From Lingula anatina (Eukaryota; Animalia; Brachiopoda): a stretch of 64,000 bases of DNA. Shown in pieces: positions 13,853-26,244 of this stretch (the first letter of the stretch is position 1; each line of letters opens with the position of its first letter). The notes beneath the pieces were generated by a model that saw only the letters and a program-made list of their open reading frames with translations, was not told the origin of the DNA and ran no database searches. A program made the translations under genes and the position numbers. The stretch is from positions 434,001-498,000 of the forward strand of contig CM120643.1 in NCBI GenBank assembly GCA_051362555.1, read 5' to 3'.

Positions 13853-14073
13853 TTAGAGCGCATTCCCAGAGATTTAGATTGATTCAACTAGATCGACCTT
13901 ACTCCCTGGGGGTTCATGCTAGATTGCTGTCAGTCGACCGCGCACAGAATTTAATTACCCTCTTACATCTTTTAGTAGGTGGGACAGACATTTAAGCCGG
14001 CTAAGCTGACAGTAATGTAGTGAGACTCCCCTCGGGGATAGATCGATGTAAAATATGTGGGAATGGGGTCTTA
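13853..14073. mobile_element. Short foldback MITE
   Basis: CATTCCCA / TGGGAATG ends and internal inverted CTGTCAG / CTGACAG blocks. Confidence 0.55.
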
Positions 14074-16040
14074 AAGGAATTTTTTAGGTCTTAAAAGGAT
14101 TGAATAACTTCATTTATGGCTTTATCTCCTAGTTCAGGTCAGTCTTAGTTTTATTATGTTTAATGTCTCTCCGTAGTTACCGTGTACATTTACCCCGTGG
14201 ACCATTTGAAGATTACACTGCGATTAATGCGGTGGAAAATACAATAGAGAGAGTGTATAATGATAGGGTCGCTAAACGATTGTTGACGGCATATAGTAAC
14301 TAGCCTAATCCCCTGGTCGCCTGGGTAGCCACGCCCCCTTAGAGTACTTATGTAAACAAACGGTCTCCCGTAGCAAACTATCCTTTTGTTCAGCAGCTTC
14401 GCGCGTGCAGCTGATTATGTATGTAGTGACACTATAGCTAACTGCAAATAAATTTGTGCTAGCTGTTATTTGATTCATTCTGCTGTGTCGGATGTTGTGG
14501 ATCAGCCCACTGGTTCGTTGACTTATGTTTTTCTGAAGATTGGTGGTGCAGATTTTGAGTGCTTAATTATTTACCCTCCTTCTAACAAGAGAAAGGGGAA
14601 GATAAAAAGGGGAGATAAAAAGAGACAGTGTCAAATGAAACAGGTAATGAGTAATACATTACATTAAATAAAGGGACTCGCGGTGGAAGAAACGATAGAC
14701 TGTTTTGCATCAAGGTATGCCATTATAATCCGACATGGCCCATAACATGATCCATAACATGACTCATTGTTGTATGCCTCATATTTGTGCCGACTTATAT
14801 TTTACTCTCGTTCATTTTGTGAAACTATTTCCTTGAATAAAGTTTTGCCTGTATAAATTAACTTTGTGACATGAAGTAATTAATAAAACGCGCCTGTTGA
14901 AAAGGGGGCTTTTCATAACTAATAAAGGTTCACTATTCAGGAAAATATCGTCGCCGTTCGTCGCCGCTACCTTCAGGAAAGCGTACCCTCCGCGTGGATC
15001 ACCGGCATTTTTGATTATCTGACAAATTAGGGCAATTTACGTTTTAGCTAATAATTCTGAATTTACTAATATTTTGGACTAAATTCTATGTCAGATTCAT
15101 AGCAATGACGGAGAGCCGCCAGAGTAACTGTTTAATTTTCTAAACTAATCAAACTAGAACGCATGGCGATAAAATGTGTCGCTAGATCTTGTAAACACTC
15201 AGCGAAATGCACCAGGGACTATATTCAATGTGCCGTCACTTAATTGCTTTCTCGATTTCATTAATTGACGATAGTAATTGCAGATAACAAGGAAGAGGAA
15301 ATGCTGAAGACAAAACAACGTCGGGTCTTTGTGTGACTTTCTCCCTAAACACTTTTTATGTTGCTGTCAAAGAAAAGGGAGTCTAGATAGCGATTATTTA
15401 AACCACTGCTGCTGCTTTTGCAGGTAGACTTTCTCGTTTATCATTTAAATGCTCCCCTCCCCCAGCAGACCCAACTTGATGCATGTACGTCTTGGTAGCT
15501 ATAGTACAGATCTTGGTTCAAGTAATGAAAGGTTTAAGCACAAAACGATAATTTGAGGCTATTTTTCATTCAAGACAAAATAAAGTATCTATGGTGTGTG
15601 ACAATAGGGACTTTACAAAGCTTAATTTGTCCTTAAATATATATTCCAGTAGCATAGGCGAGCGACGTAATTGTAACCTCAACTTGAGGTATCCTCGATG
15701 AAAGCGGAGTACAAAAATTAACTTTTTTAAATATCGATTACAACATGCTGTATAATGATATTGAGACTAAAGGGTTTAATGGAATTCTTTCCCTTAAAAG
15801 CAATTCATTTCAAAATTAAAAGAAACAGTTTTTTCGGGGAGCGCGGATAGACAGTTTACGTCAGGTGATTCGTTAAAGTCAAGGAGTGTTTCACTATCAA
15901 ATGTGTAAATCATATATGTCATAAAACACTATAAGAAAGTTTTTTGTTACGATCTGCAACATTTGTTCATTTATATAGCAGGGCGAAGTTAAAGCCAGAG
16001 GTAAATAGACCCTAATACCGTAATCCTCCTCGTCCATTTA

Positions 16041-17695
16041 CAGGGTTGCTACTTAATATGGAATATTTTTTATCATTGTTATTTTTGAGTGCTGATTAAA
16101 ATTTTTTGGGCTTTAGTCATTAAAAATGTATGTCACTGAGTGATAATAACATCCAGTCTTCTGTTGTGAGATATTTTGGTCAATAATATCAAATCTCACA
16201 TAAGATGCCATTCAAAAGAAACACCCCCAGAAAACCATATCAACAGTTTGATATCATTATAAACTTTAAGATAAGATATTAAAGAAAATGATAGCCTCCG
16301 GACAGTGATATCTTACACAGTCAAAGATCTCACTACAGTTAATCATGAAAAGTCAGTAATTGCGGGTATGACCTCCAGCAGCCGCTTGCAGCGCCCTCAT
16401 CCTACCTGGCATACCCTGTGACACGTTTTTTAGAGTTTGGGTGGAGATATCACTCCACGCAGTGATATTTGCCTGTCGCAGTTCATCACAATTTACCGGC
16501 CTAGGACCATAGCTATTAATTCTGTGTATTACTTCCGCCAACAGACTTTCAATTGGGTTCATATCTGGAGAGTTTGCAGGCCAGGGCAGTTGCTGAACCC
16601 ATTGGTTTTGAAGAAAAACAGTGATTCTGCGGCCTCGATGTGGGGTTGCGCAGTCGTCTTGGTACACAAAGTTGTTCCTGAAGATGACTCTTACCAATCG
16701 AAGCATTGTTTGCTGTAGAATGTCTCTGTAGGAATCCTGGATGAGGTTGCCTCCTAGAAAAACCAACTGGTTCTGGGCACCGACATGTAATGCTCCCCAA
16801 ACAGAGACGTTACCATCCCCTGCTTGCACCCTAGGCAGTACACAATCATCGTTTTATTCCCCTCGTACACGTCGGTAGGCACGGATTCGACGATCAACCC
16901 TAAAAAATCCATATCTGGCCTCATCACTGAAAACGACGTGATTCCAGTGTTTTGGCTGCAAACGCACGTGGTCCCCAGCCCATTGCAGACGTCGCTGTAT
17001 ATGACCTGCTGTTAACAGTGGTTTCCCTACTGGCCTTCATGCAAAATAACCGGCTTGCAGTAATCTCTTGTTCACGAGGGACTTTGAAACAGACGTTTGA
17101 ATGACTTTCTCCTCTCTTTTCTGAGGACACTGGTTGTCTTTGTACGACCAGCACGGCGTCCTTTGAGGAGAAGGGGTTCCTGTCTTCTTGGTGTGATACG
17201 CGGACACCCTAGTCGAGGTATTGGATAAGGTGCCCCTGTCGCAGCATTTCTTTGGAGGACTTCACAAACGGTTCCTGATAAATGTTGAATTACCTGGGAA
17301 TGGATGTCCGTTTCTGGCCATTTTCTCTGAGTGCAAGAATCCCATAGTAAGCTGCGTTGCTTAGCTGTCGAACCATATCTTCACTAAGGCACCTGTCAAG
17401 TTTCAGAGCGATCCCTTTGTTGCTTCTCTAAACATACTCCAAAGATTGACCAAACCCATGCGTTTTTATACAACGGCAGAAATTGCCAAAAAGACCACCC
17501 CTCACATTTCTGACCACAGAACATAGAACTGCATGCATCAATTGTTTCGAGAGTTGTATGGTAATTAGGTAACACACCTGGCTACACATGGAGTGACACC
17601 TCAGCTTTGGATTTAAAGTAGTTAGAGAGAAATTAAATATTTTGTAGAAAATTTACTCGCCAAAAAATAATATTCCATATTAAATGGTAACCCTG
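16041..17695 (-). mobile_element. Tc1/mariner DNA transposon, decayed
   Basis: TA-flanked TIRs CAGGGTTGCTACTTAATATGGAATATT / AATATTCCATATTAAATGGTAACCCTG; internal transposase remains. Confidence 0.92.
16353..17376 (-). pseudogene. Tc1-type DD34E transposase, frameshifted and with stops
   Basis: VWG, YQDDCATPHR..WPANSPDMNPIE (34 residues between D and E) and C-terminal GGHTRNY; the N-terminal part is broken. Confidence 0.9.
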
Positions 17696-18653
17696 TATTT
17701 AAATCGTATCAAAACGTTTGATACACAATGTTCATTAAATTCATAATTTTGGCGATTTATTAAAACCATATTGGTACATAAAAGTTTAAGATTAGCATAA
17801 GTTAAGCAACAACCAGTATGAAGAACAACACCCTTTTTAAATGAGGCAAGACACCCTCTTCACACTGATTATAACCTTGAGAAAGACATTATGCAACTTA
17901 AGGCAAAGGAGTTATGCAAAGTTCTTTCAACTCGTGTGTGAATACAACACATTCTTTGTCACTTTTACAAGACAATGGAGGCGAGCAAGTAGAGTAATTA
18001 CAATATACAATAAAAAGGACATTAGTATAGAAAGCTTACTTCGGGTCAGCCCTTTGCTTGTTCGAATGAAAGAGATAGATATCGCGCCGCGACTCCCTTT
18101 ATTAAACCTTCGTGTGTTTGTGTAAAAGTGTGAAAGACAGGCAACGGTCTTTAGTCGCTGTTGATATTGTTCGCGATTAATATTGAAGTATAACTCCTTC
18201 GCCTGCATGTAAACGTGTTACTTTTCCTCATGTTCTCTATATTTCTTTTAGGTGGTTGAGACAATGGGATGAGATCGATAAAAGTAAAGGTTAATCTAAA
18301 CAATTAGATGCGATTTTTGTGAAATGACTTATTAAGTGATGTGCATGTACCTAGCATGTTTAAATTCTTGAATTTCTAATTTGTTAAATCTTTCATACAC
18401 GGCCTCATATATGTATTACCCTCAGGCCTTCGATATTATTGTGTTACACGGGACTCCTGGAAACCTGAAGCACAGGTCTACGGAGACTTGTTATCCTTCA
18501 TGCACTTTTATGGCTGGGATGAACACTGCGAGGTAGAAACAGGCTTTACTTAACTTTACTTGATGCACGACAGTTTAAACAAAACCAGTCTGCAAGGCTT
18601 GCTTTGATTTGGCGTTAACCTTACACTGGTTTTAAAAGAACAAATATAAATAT

Positions 18654-19791
18654 TGTAATGAAAATTTCAATTAAATTATTGTGAACACAGAAAAAAGTGC
18701 CTTTAAGTGCATTTGACTCATGCGCTGAATATTTAAACTTAGTTAATGTATAATTTATTCATTTTCAATGTACCAGTGCTGTTGTAATAAGCCCTGTAAA
18801 TATCTATTGCGGAGATTCAGAAGATTTTCAGAAAACTCGACTTTTCTGCTAAACGGTAGTTACACGTGAGTGTAAACACGTTTAGCAGTGGTTCTCTCCC
18901 TGTCCAAAAACCCCCTGGGTAAGAGCCACCATCCACCCCATTTTCAGCTGTCAAGCACTCGTTGGGTGAAGATTCCCAGACGCAGTAGAGCTACACTCGA
19001 GGTTCCGATTGAGAGGACTTGTTCTCTCTGGCAGGTTCACTGAGGCGGTAGTAAAAGCAGTTGGTTGGTGTCGCAGGGTTCACGCCGAGTCGGGACCCTT
19101 AGCTGTTGGTTGGTGTCGCAGGGTTTACGCTGTGTCGGGACCCTTAGCAGGTGGCTGGACGGAGAACGGGAAGTTGGGCTCTCCCGTGGGTTCGTGCCGT
19201 GACGGAACCCAAGGCAGGTGGTTTGTCGCAGGCTTTACGCCGTGTCGAGACCCCTAGCAGGTGGCTGGACGGAGAACGGGAAGTTGGGCTCTCCCGTGGG
19301 TTTCTGCCGTGACAGAACGCTAAGTAGGTGATTGGTCGGAGAATCCGGGCCGTGTCGGAACTCTAGGCAAGTGGTTGGTTGGAAAACGGGAAGCAAGCTG
19401 TCCCGAGGGTGTGCGCCGTGCCAGCACCCTAAGTCGTTGATTGAAGGAGGGAAGTCTCTCCCAAAGGTGCGCACCGTGTTGGCACTTGTAGCTGTGGGCC
19501 GGTAGAAGAGGAGCCACTGCTGTCACAGTCTCCCACCGATTGGAAGTTTATGCAGAACTAAAACTGGACATTAACTGAATATATCCAAAGGACACATATT
19601 TAACGTGGACTTAAAGACAATAACTGAATATCAGAGTGGGCATTATTACCACATTGCATTTTGTTGGATTTTAATAAACATTTTGAACCTTTTTACATCA
19701 GCAGTTTGTTTCTTGGATTTGAACCTTTAAAACAATTACGAATCCCTTTTAATACTGTACGGACTGAAGTACCAACATAAAATCCGTTACA
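18654..19791 (+). repeat. 5' LTR (1138 bp) with internal GC-rich tandem repeats
   Basis: Matches 25095-26244 except about 6 substitutions and one 12-bp indel. Confidence 0.96.
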
Positions 19792-19796
19792 GTTTT

Positions 19797-19814
19797 TGGT
19801 GGCAGCGGTGGGAT
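19797..19814 (+). promoter_or_regulatory. Primer-binding site complementary to the tRNA-Leu 3' end
   Basis: TGGTGGCAGCGGTGGGAT just after the 5' LTR; complement of ATCCCACCGCTGCCACCA. Confidence 0.85.
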
Positions 19815-19845
19815 CTATAGTCATTGTCACGACCCTGAAGAAGCA

Positions 19846-20973
19846 ATGGAGAAGAAACGTGGAATAAGCCCCGAAACCAGAGACCGCCAGGACACTGGAT
19901 TTAGTTCCACATTTACCAGGAGTGGAAATGTGTTACCTCCACGTTATAACCCGGACATTGATTTAGATGAACTACTTGGTGTAAGACGGCGATTAGACGA
20001 GATGGAAGCATACTTACAAGCCACGTTGAATGCAGCTCACCGACGAGTAAATCCCGTGCCTGATATTTCCCCACCTAGGACATCTACTGCCATGCCTAGT
20101 TATGCAGATCAAAGGATGTACAAGACTGGGCCAACCATTAAATTGGGAACATTTGATGGGAAAAACTGTGATTGGGATGATTTTTGTTCCCAACTTGAAA
20201 TATGCTCAGATAATTACCGGTGGACAGACGAAGAATGCAGCACCCACCTTGCCATGGCCTTGAGAGGTGAAGCGGCCCAAGTGCTGAGTGATTTACCGGT
20301 TGAAAAACGCAAACAATTCCATGCGTTAGCCGAAGCGTTAGAGCGACGGTACAGTCCACGCAACAAGAAAGAATTGTACAGAGTGCAAGCCCGCACCCGG
20401 AGACGCAAACCAAAGGAGTCAATTAGTGAACTCGCCCAAGCCATACGACGCTTGGTGAGACTTGGTTGGCCAGGTGAAGATGAACGTGTCCGAGCTACGT
20501 TTGAAAGAGAGTATTTCTTAGATGCCTTAGATGAACCTCGCCTCCGGCTGGAAGTGATGCGATATCGACCACGTACCTTAATTGAGGCAGAAGAAGTTGC
20601 CATTGAGATGGAAGCTTGCCAGGAAGCAGAAACGGCACGAAATTGTCTGCGCAAAAATGATAAAGTCTACGCTCGTACCGCCGACAGGGTGAGTGAGCAA
20701 GAAGAAATTTCCAATGGCCAAATTGCGAAGATGAATCAATTACTGGAACAACTCAATAACAACCTACGTGCTCAATCGACAGAGATTGAAAACTTACGAC
20801 GAGCCAGTGAGCAGGGAAGGCAAGACCACTTCCAGGGAAATCAACGTTCTATGGGTAATTCTGTTCCCGTCCCCAATTCCAACCCGGCTCCCGTACCCAC
20901 GGCACCCAGACCAGGAGGCAGATTCCGCAGCAATAATGGACCAAAACCAAACAATGGGCCGACTTTAAACTAA
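19846..20973 (+). CDS. gag: Gypsy Gag
   Basis: 375-aa ORF after the PBS with FDG..W..F, L...LRGEA, ALERRY and R.RKPKESISELA capsid-like motifs. Confidence 0.9.
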   Translation: MEKKRGISPETRDRQDTGFSSTFTRSGNVLPPRYNPDIDLDELLGVRRRLDEMEAYLQATLNAAHRRVNPVPDISPPRTSTAMPSYADQRMYKTGPTIKLGTFDGKNCDWDDFCSQLEICSDNYRWTDEECSTHLAMALRGEAAQVLSDLPVEKRKQFHALAEALERRYSPRNKKELYRVQARTRRRKPKESISELAQAIRRLVRLGWPGEDERVRATFEREYFLDALDEPRLRLEVMRYRPRTLIEAEEVAIEMEACQEAETARNCLRKNDKVYARTADRVSEQEEISNGQIAKMNQLLEQLNNNLRAQSTEIENLRRASEQGRQDHFQGNQRSMGNSVPVPNSNPAPVPTAPRPGGRFRSNNGPKPNNGPTLN

Positions 20974-23900
20974 CCCAGGCCGAGGAAATGGACCGACCGA
21001 TGGCCGAGGACGTGACAGGTCCAGTAAAAGAGGAAGGTACAGCCGTCGGATCCGTATACATTAGTGTGAAATTGCCAGCCAGTAATAGACTGTTTTTGTT
21101 GGATACTGGCTCTGACGTAACTTTAATTTCGGAAAGAATTTACCAGCAAATGCCAAGGAAATCCCGCCCCCCCTATACGTGAGACTCTGAAGAAGGTGAT
21201 AGGCATTACAGGAGAAGAATTAAGAGTGAAAGGAGAGATAACTTTGAACCTGAACATTTGCGGTAGACAAATTAAACATACCTCAATTGTGGCCAACATT
21301 GCCTCTGACGGAATTCTTGGAATTGATTTCTTGAGGAAAACTAGTGCAAAGCTGGATTTTTCTTCATTTCAACTTAGTATTGGGGAAAATACGACGCAAT
21401 TACTAACTGCTGAGAAGGATGTTGCCACCAGAAGTCATATTCTCCTTACCACCTAGATTACGATTCCACCCAGATCGGAGATTTTTACCAGTGGAACATT
21501 AAAACGTAGAGGCCCTACTTACACAGAGGGGTTAGTCGAGCCATCACAACAACTTTTGTCGCATTCTGCAGTAACTTTGGCCAGGGGTTTGGTTACATTG
21601 GACGGTTCGCCTGTACCACTCAGAATTGTAAATGTTGGTGAAGACGAGGTTATATTGAAGGAAAATACCGTGGTGGCCAAAGTAGAAGGGGAAAAAGTAC
21701 ATGTTAACCACGCTCAACTTCAAGACCCAGTTACGATCGTCAAACCTGATCAATTGAACGTTGTTCCAGAACATTTAATGGACTTGTGGGAGAGATCAAG
21801 TTCAGAGTTGACCCCTGCTGACCGTGAAAAACTGGCAGAACTTTTGATCCAACACCGTAGAGTATTTGCCACAGGACCAGAGGATTTGGGACATACCAGT
21901 CTTGTTCAGCACGAAATCTGCACAGAAAATGAGCACCCAATTCGACAACCACTCAGACGACTACCCATTAGTAAAGTGGAAGAGGGAGACAGGGAACTAC
22001 AATGCATGTTAGACTTGGGAATAATCGAGCCAGCGAACAGTCCCTGGGCTTCACCAATTGTTTTAGTGTCCAAGAAGGATGGTAGTACACGTTTCTGCAT
22101 AGACTATAGACGATTAAATCATGTCACCAAGAAAGACGCTTATCCCATACCACGGATTGACGAAACGTTAGACACTTTACATGGTTCCAAATGGTTTTCA
22201 GTGATCGATCAGATGATGGGATATTGGCAAGTTGCGATGCATTCTCGTAATAAACCGAAGACGGCTTTCATCACACGACGAGGACTATTTCAGTTTAAAG
22301 TTATGCCGTTTGGCCTCGCCAATGCCCCTGCAACGTTTGAGCGTTTGATGGAGTTGATCCTCACTGGCTTACACTGGGAAGTTTGCCTGATTTATTTAGA
22401 TGACATTATCGTCTTTGGGAAAACTGTGGAAGAGCATCTTGATCGGTTGGCTTTGGTGTTAGAGCGTCTAGGTAAAGCTGGACTAAAGTTAAAACCTAGC
22501 AAGTGTACCTTTTTCAAGCATGAAATACAGTATCTCGGGCATGTGGTGTCAGAACATGGTGTATCAACAGATCCAGACAAAATTGACGCAGTGAAGACTT
22601 GGCCTACCCCCAGATGTGTGAAGGATGTGAGGAGCTTTTTGGGATTGTGCTCATACTACAGACGATTTGTGAGGGATTTTTCAAAGAAAGCTAAGCCTCT
22701 TCAACAGCTGATGGAGAAAGATCGTGCATTTGAGTGGAACCATGAACAGGAGGCATCATTTCAAGAATTGAAGGCAGCATTGATCAACCCTCCCATATTA
22801 TCTTTTCCGGCGCCAGAGGGCCAGTTTATCCTAGACACAGATGCAAGCCAAGATGGAATTGGTGCAGTTCTCAGCCAATGTCAAGATGGGGTTGAAAAAG
22901 TAATTGCATATGCCAGTCGGAGTTTGAGTAAGGCAGAGAGACGCTATTGTGTTACCCGCCGTGAGTTATTAACGGTGGTTCATTTTACTCGATACTTCAG
23001 ACATTATCTCTGTGGACGTCAATTCAAGATTAGAAGTGATCATGGATCCTTGAGATGGTTGCTGAACTTTAAGGAACCGGAAGGACAGATAGCACGCTGG
23101 TTAGAAATTCTAGGTGAATACCATTTTACAATTGAGTATCGACCAGGTCAACGTCATGGAAACGACGACGGTTTGAGTAGAAGACCTTGTTCCCAGTGTA
23201 AACGACAGTGTCCAGAACTTGCACCCACCAAGGTCTCCAGACGAGTAATCAGCACAGAGTCATGAGAAGAGGGTTCTTTGGAGCCTAATTGGTTGCCTTT
23301 TATTTCGCCTCAAGATCTAGGGAAATTACAGGAACAAGATTTGGTGTTTGGCAAAGTAATGCAGTGGAAGAAATGTGGACAGAGGCCGTCTTTTGAGACT
23401 GTTTGTGATCAAAGTGAACCACTTAAGCGTTATTGGAGTCAATTTGATCAGTTAGAATTGAAGAAGGGGGTGCTGTACCGGAAATGGCTAGTCAAGAAAC
23501 AAGGTAAAAGTTTTCATTGGCAATTGTTGACCCCTGAACCGTTAAGGAGAACGATGTTTGAGCATCTTCACGCCAATCCCACTGGAGGACATTTTGGAGT
23601 ACATCGCACTATCTTAGCCCTTAAAGAAAGATGTCATTGGCCTGGTATGGACACCCAAATCAAATTGTGGGTACAACAATGTGATGAGTGCGGAGCTGCA
23701 AAGAATCCCATTAAAAAGAGGCGACCTAAGTTGAAGCAGTCGGCAGTTGGTGCTGTGATGGAAAGAATTGGACTAGACATCAAAGGTCCTTTTCATGTCA
23801 CCGATTCAAACAATCGGTATGTCATGGTGGTTAGTGATTATTTCAGCAAATGGACTGAAGCCTATGCCATTCCAAATCAGGAGACTGAAACTGTGGCAAA

Positions 23901-24912
23901 GAAGTTGGTGGAAGAATTTATCTGCAGATTTGGTGCCCCACGCAAGATACACACCGACAGAGGAAGGAACTTTGAGTCGAAGCTGTTTGGAGAGATTTGC
24001 AAACTCCTGGGTGTGAAGAAAACTGCTACCACCGCCTATCATCCTCAGAGTGACGGTATGGTGGAACGATTTAACAGGACGATTGGCGTTATGTTAAAGA
24101 TCTTTACTTCCAAGCATCAGACAGATTGGGATGGTTATATACCATACTTAATGATGGCATACCGAGCGACTGTGCACGAAAGTACAACTCTGTCTCCAAA
24201 TCGTCTCATGTTGGGAAGAGAAATCAACTTGCCCATAGATGTTATGGTTGGCTCGCCAGTAGACCAGGAAAAGACCACTCTTGAGTATTCCGTTGAAATG
24301 CAGATGAAGATGGAAGAGGCCTTCAACATAGCCAGACGTGAGCTTGGACATGCAGCCAAGAGACAAAAGAAGTATTATGACCTGCGTTCAGATGAAGAAA
24401 AATTCTGCATTGGAAACATGGTGTGGCTGTACTCCCCTCTTAGGAAGAAGGGACTCAGTCCGAAGCTACAATGCCAAAGGGTGGGGCCATTCACTATTGT
24501 TGATAAGTTGAGCGATGTTGTGTATAAAATACAGAAGTCTGCCCGATCCGACGTGAAAATTATACATGGAGATCGTCTCAAGAAATATCGTGGAAGTGCA
24601 GTGGCTCCCTGGTTTGTACCTGAAGATAGACACAAAACGGTAGCGACCCAGACGTATGATGACGAAAGTATAGACATGCCTCCTGAAACTAATCCTGTGT
24701 CATTTACTGATGAAGAAGATACGAGTCAACAGACGAATGATGATAAGAGTAAAAGCCCGAGTGAATCTCAAATTGATCCAGTTCCACCTGTAAGTGAAGG
24801 AGATAGTAAAAGTGACCCAGTCCTGAAAAACGCTGTTGATGCTTTAGCTCCACTCCCGAGGAGACCAAGGCGGAACCGGCGACCTCCCCGAAGATTCAGA
24901 GACTATGTTTAA
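20964..24912 (+). pseudogene. pol: Gypsy Pol (protease, RT, RNase H, integrase), disrupted
   Basis: LLDTGS protease, YLDD RT, DTDAS RNase H, HHCC + DDE integrase and GPF motif; frameshift in the C run at ~21167-21173 and in-frame stops at 21454-21456 and 23263-23265. Confidence 0.93.
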
Positions 24913-25013
24913 TGGAGGAAGTGAATGTCACTACCTATCCCTTGGAACTTGTTGTTTGTTTGTTTGTTTAGAGCGAAGTTATATTAGTTATTGTTCACAT
25001 TGTTTACAGTTGC

Positions 25014-25048
<35 letters not shown>

Positions 25049-25094
25049 GGTGTTACTTAAGCCCTGAGGACAGGACTTGTAGGGAGGAGGGTAT

Positions 25095-26244
25095 TGTAAT
25101 GAAAATTTCAATTAAATTATTGTGAACACAGAAAAAAGTGCCTTTAAGTGCATTTGACTCATGCGCTGAATATTTAAACTTAGTTAATGTATAATTTATT
25201 CATTTTCAATGTACCAGTGCTGTTGTAATAAGCCCTGTAAATATCTATTGCGGAGATTCAGAAGATTTTCAGAAAACTCGACTTTTCTGCTAAACGGTAG
25301 TTACACGTGAGTGTAAACACGTTTAGCAGTGGTTCTCTCCCTGTCCAAAAACCCCCTGGGTAAGAGCCACCATCCACCCCATTTTCAGCTGTCAAGCACT
25401 CGTTGGGTGAAGATTCCCAGACGCAGTAGAGCTACACTCGAGGTTCCGATTGAGAGGACTTGTTCTCTCTGGCAGGTTCACTGGGGCGGTAGTAAAAGCA
25501 GTTGGTTGGTGTCGCAGGGTTCACGCCGAGTCGGGACCCTTAGCTGTTGGTTGGTGTCGCAGGGTTTACGCTGTGTTGGGACCCTTAGCAGGTGGCTGGA
25601 CGGAGAACGGGAAGTTGGGCTCTCCCGTGGGTTCGTGCCGTGACGGAACCCAAGGCAGGTGGTTTGTCGCAGGCTTTACGCCGTGTCGAGATCCCTAGCA
25701 GGTGGCTGGACGGAGAACGGGAAGTTGGGCTCTCCCGTGGGTTTCTGCCGTGACAGAACGCTAAGTAGGTGATTGGTCGGAGAGTCCGGGCCGTGTCGGA
25801 ACTCTAGGCAAGTGGTTGGTTGGAAAACGGGAAGCAAGCTGTCCCGAGGGTGTGCGCCGTGCCAGCACCCTAAGTCGTTGATTGAAGGAGGGAAGTCTAC
25901 CGCTTAGACTCTCCCAAAGGTGCGCACCGTGTTGGCACTTGTAGCTGTGGGCCGGTAGAAGAGGAGCCACTGCTGTCACAGTCTCCCACCGATTGGAAGT
26001 TTATGCAGAACTAAAACTGGACATTAACTGAATATATCCAAAAGACACATATTTAACGTGGACTTAAAGACAATAACTGAATATCAGAGTGGGCATTATT
26101 ACCACATTGCATTTTGTTGGATTTTAATAAACATTTTGAACCTTTTTACATCAGCAGTTTGTTTCTTGGATTTGAACCTTTAAAACAATGACGAATCCCT
26201 TTTAATACTGTACGGACTGAAGTACCAACATAAAATCCGTTACA
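25095..26244 (+). repeat. 3' LTR (1150 bp)
   Basis: Preceded by polypurine tract AGGGAGGAGGG (25081-25091); followed by ATAT TSD. Confidence 0.96.

Larger units (their letters stand above)
18654..26244 (+). mobile_element. Full-length Ty3/Gypsy LTR retrotransposon, antisense in the large intron of sacsin copy A
   Basis: TGTAAT...GTTACA LTRs at 18654-19791 and 25095-26244, ATAT TSD, PBS, PPT, gag and PR-RT-RH-IN order. Confidence 0.97.

Noticed and set aside
19009-19526. ORFs inside the LTRs (also 25329-25979)
   Set aside because: By-products of GC-rich LTR repeats; no env or accessory-protein features.
21180-23265. Programmed readthrough at the pol stop codons
   Set aside because: The lesions fall inside protease and inter-domain regions with no recoding context; best read as ordinary mutations.
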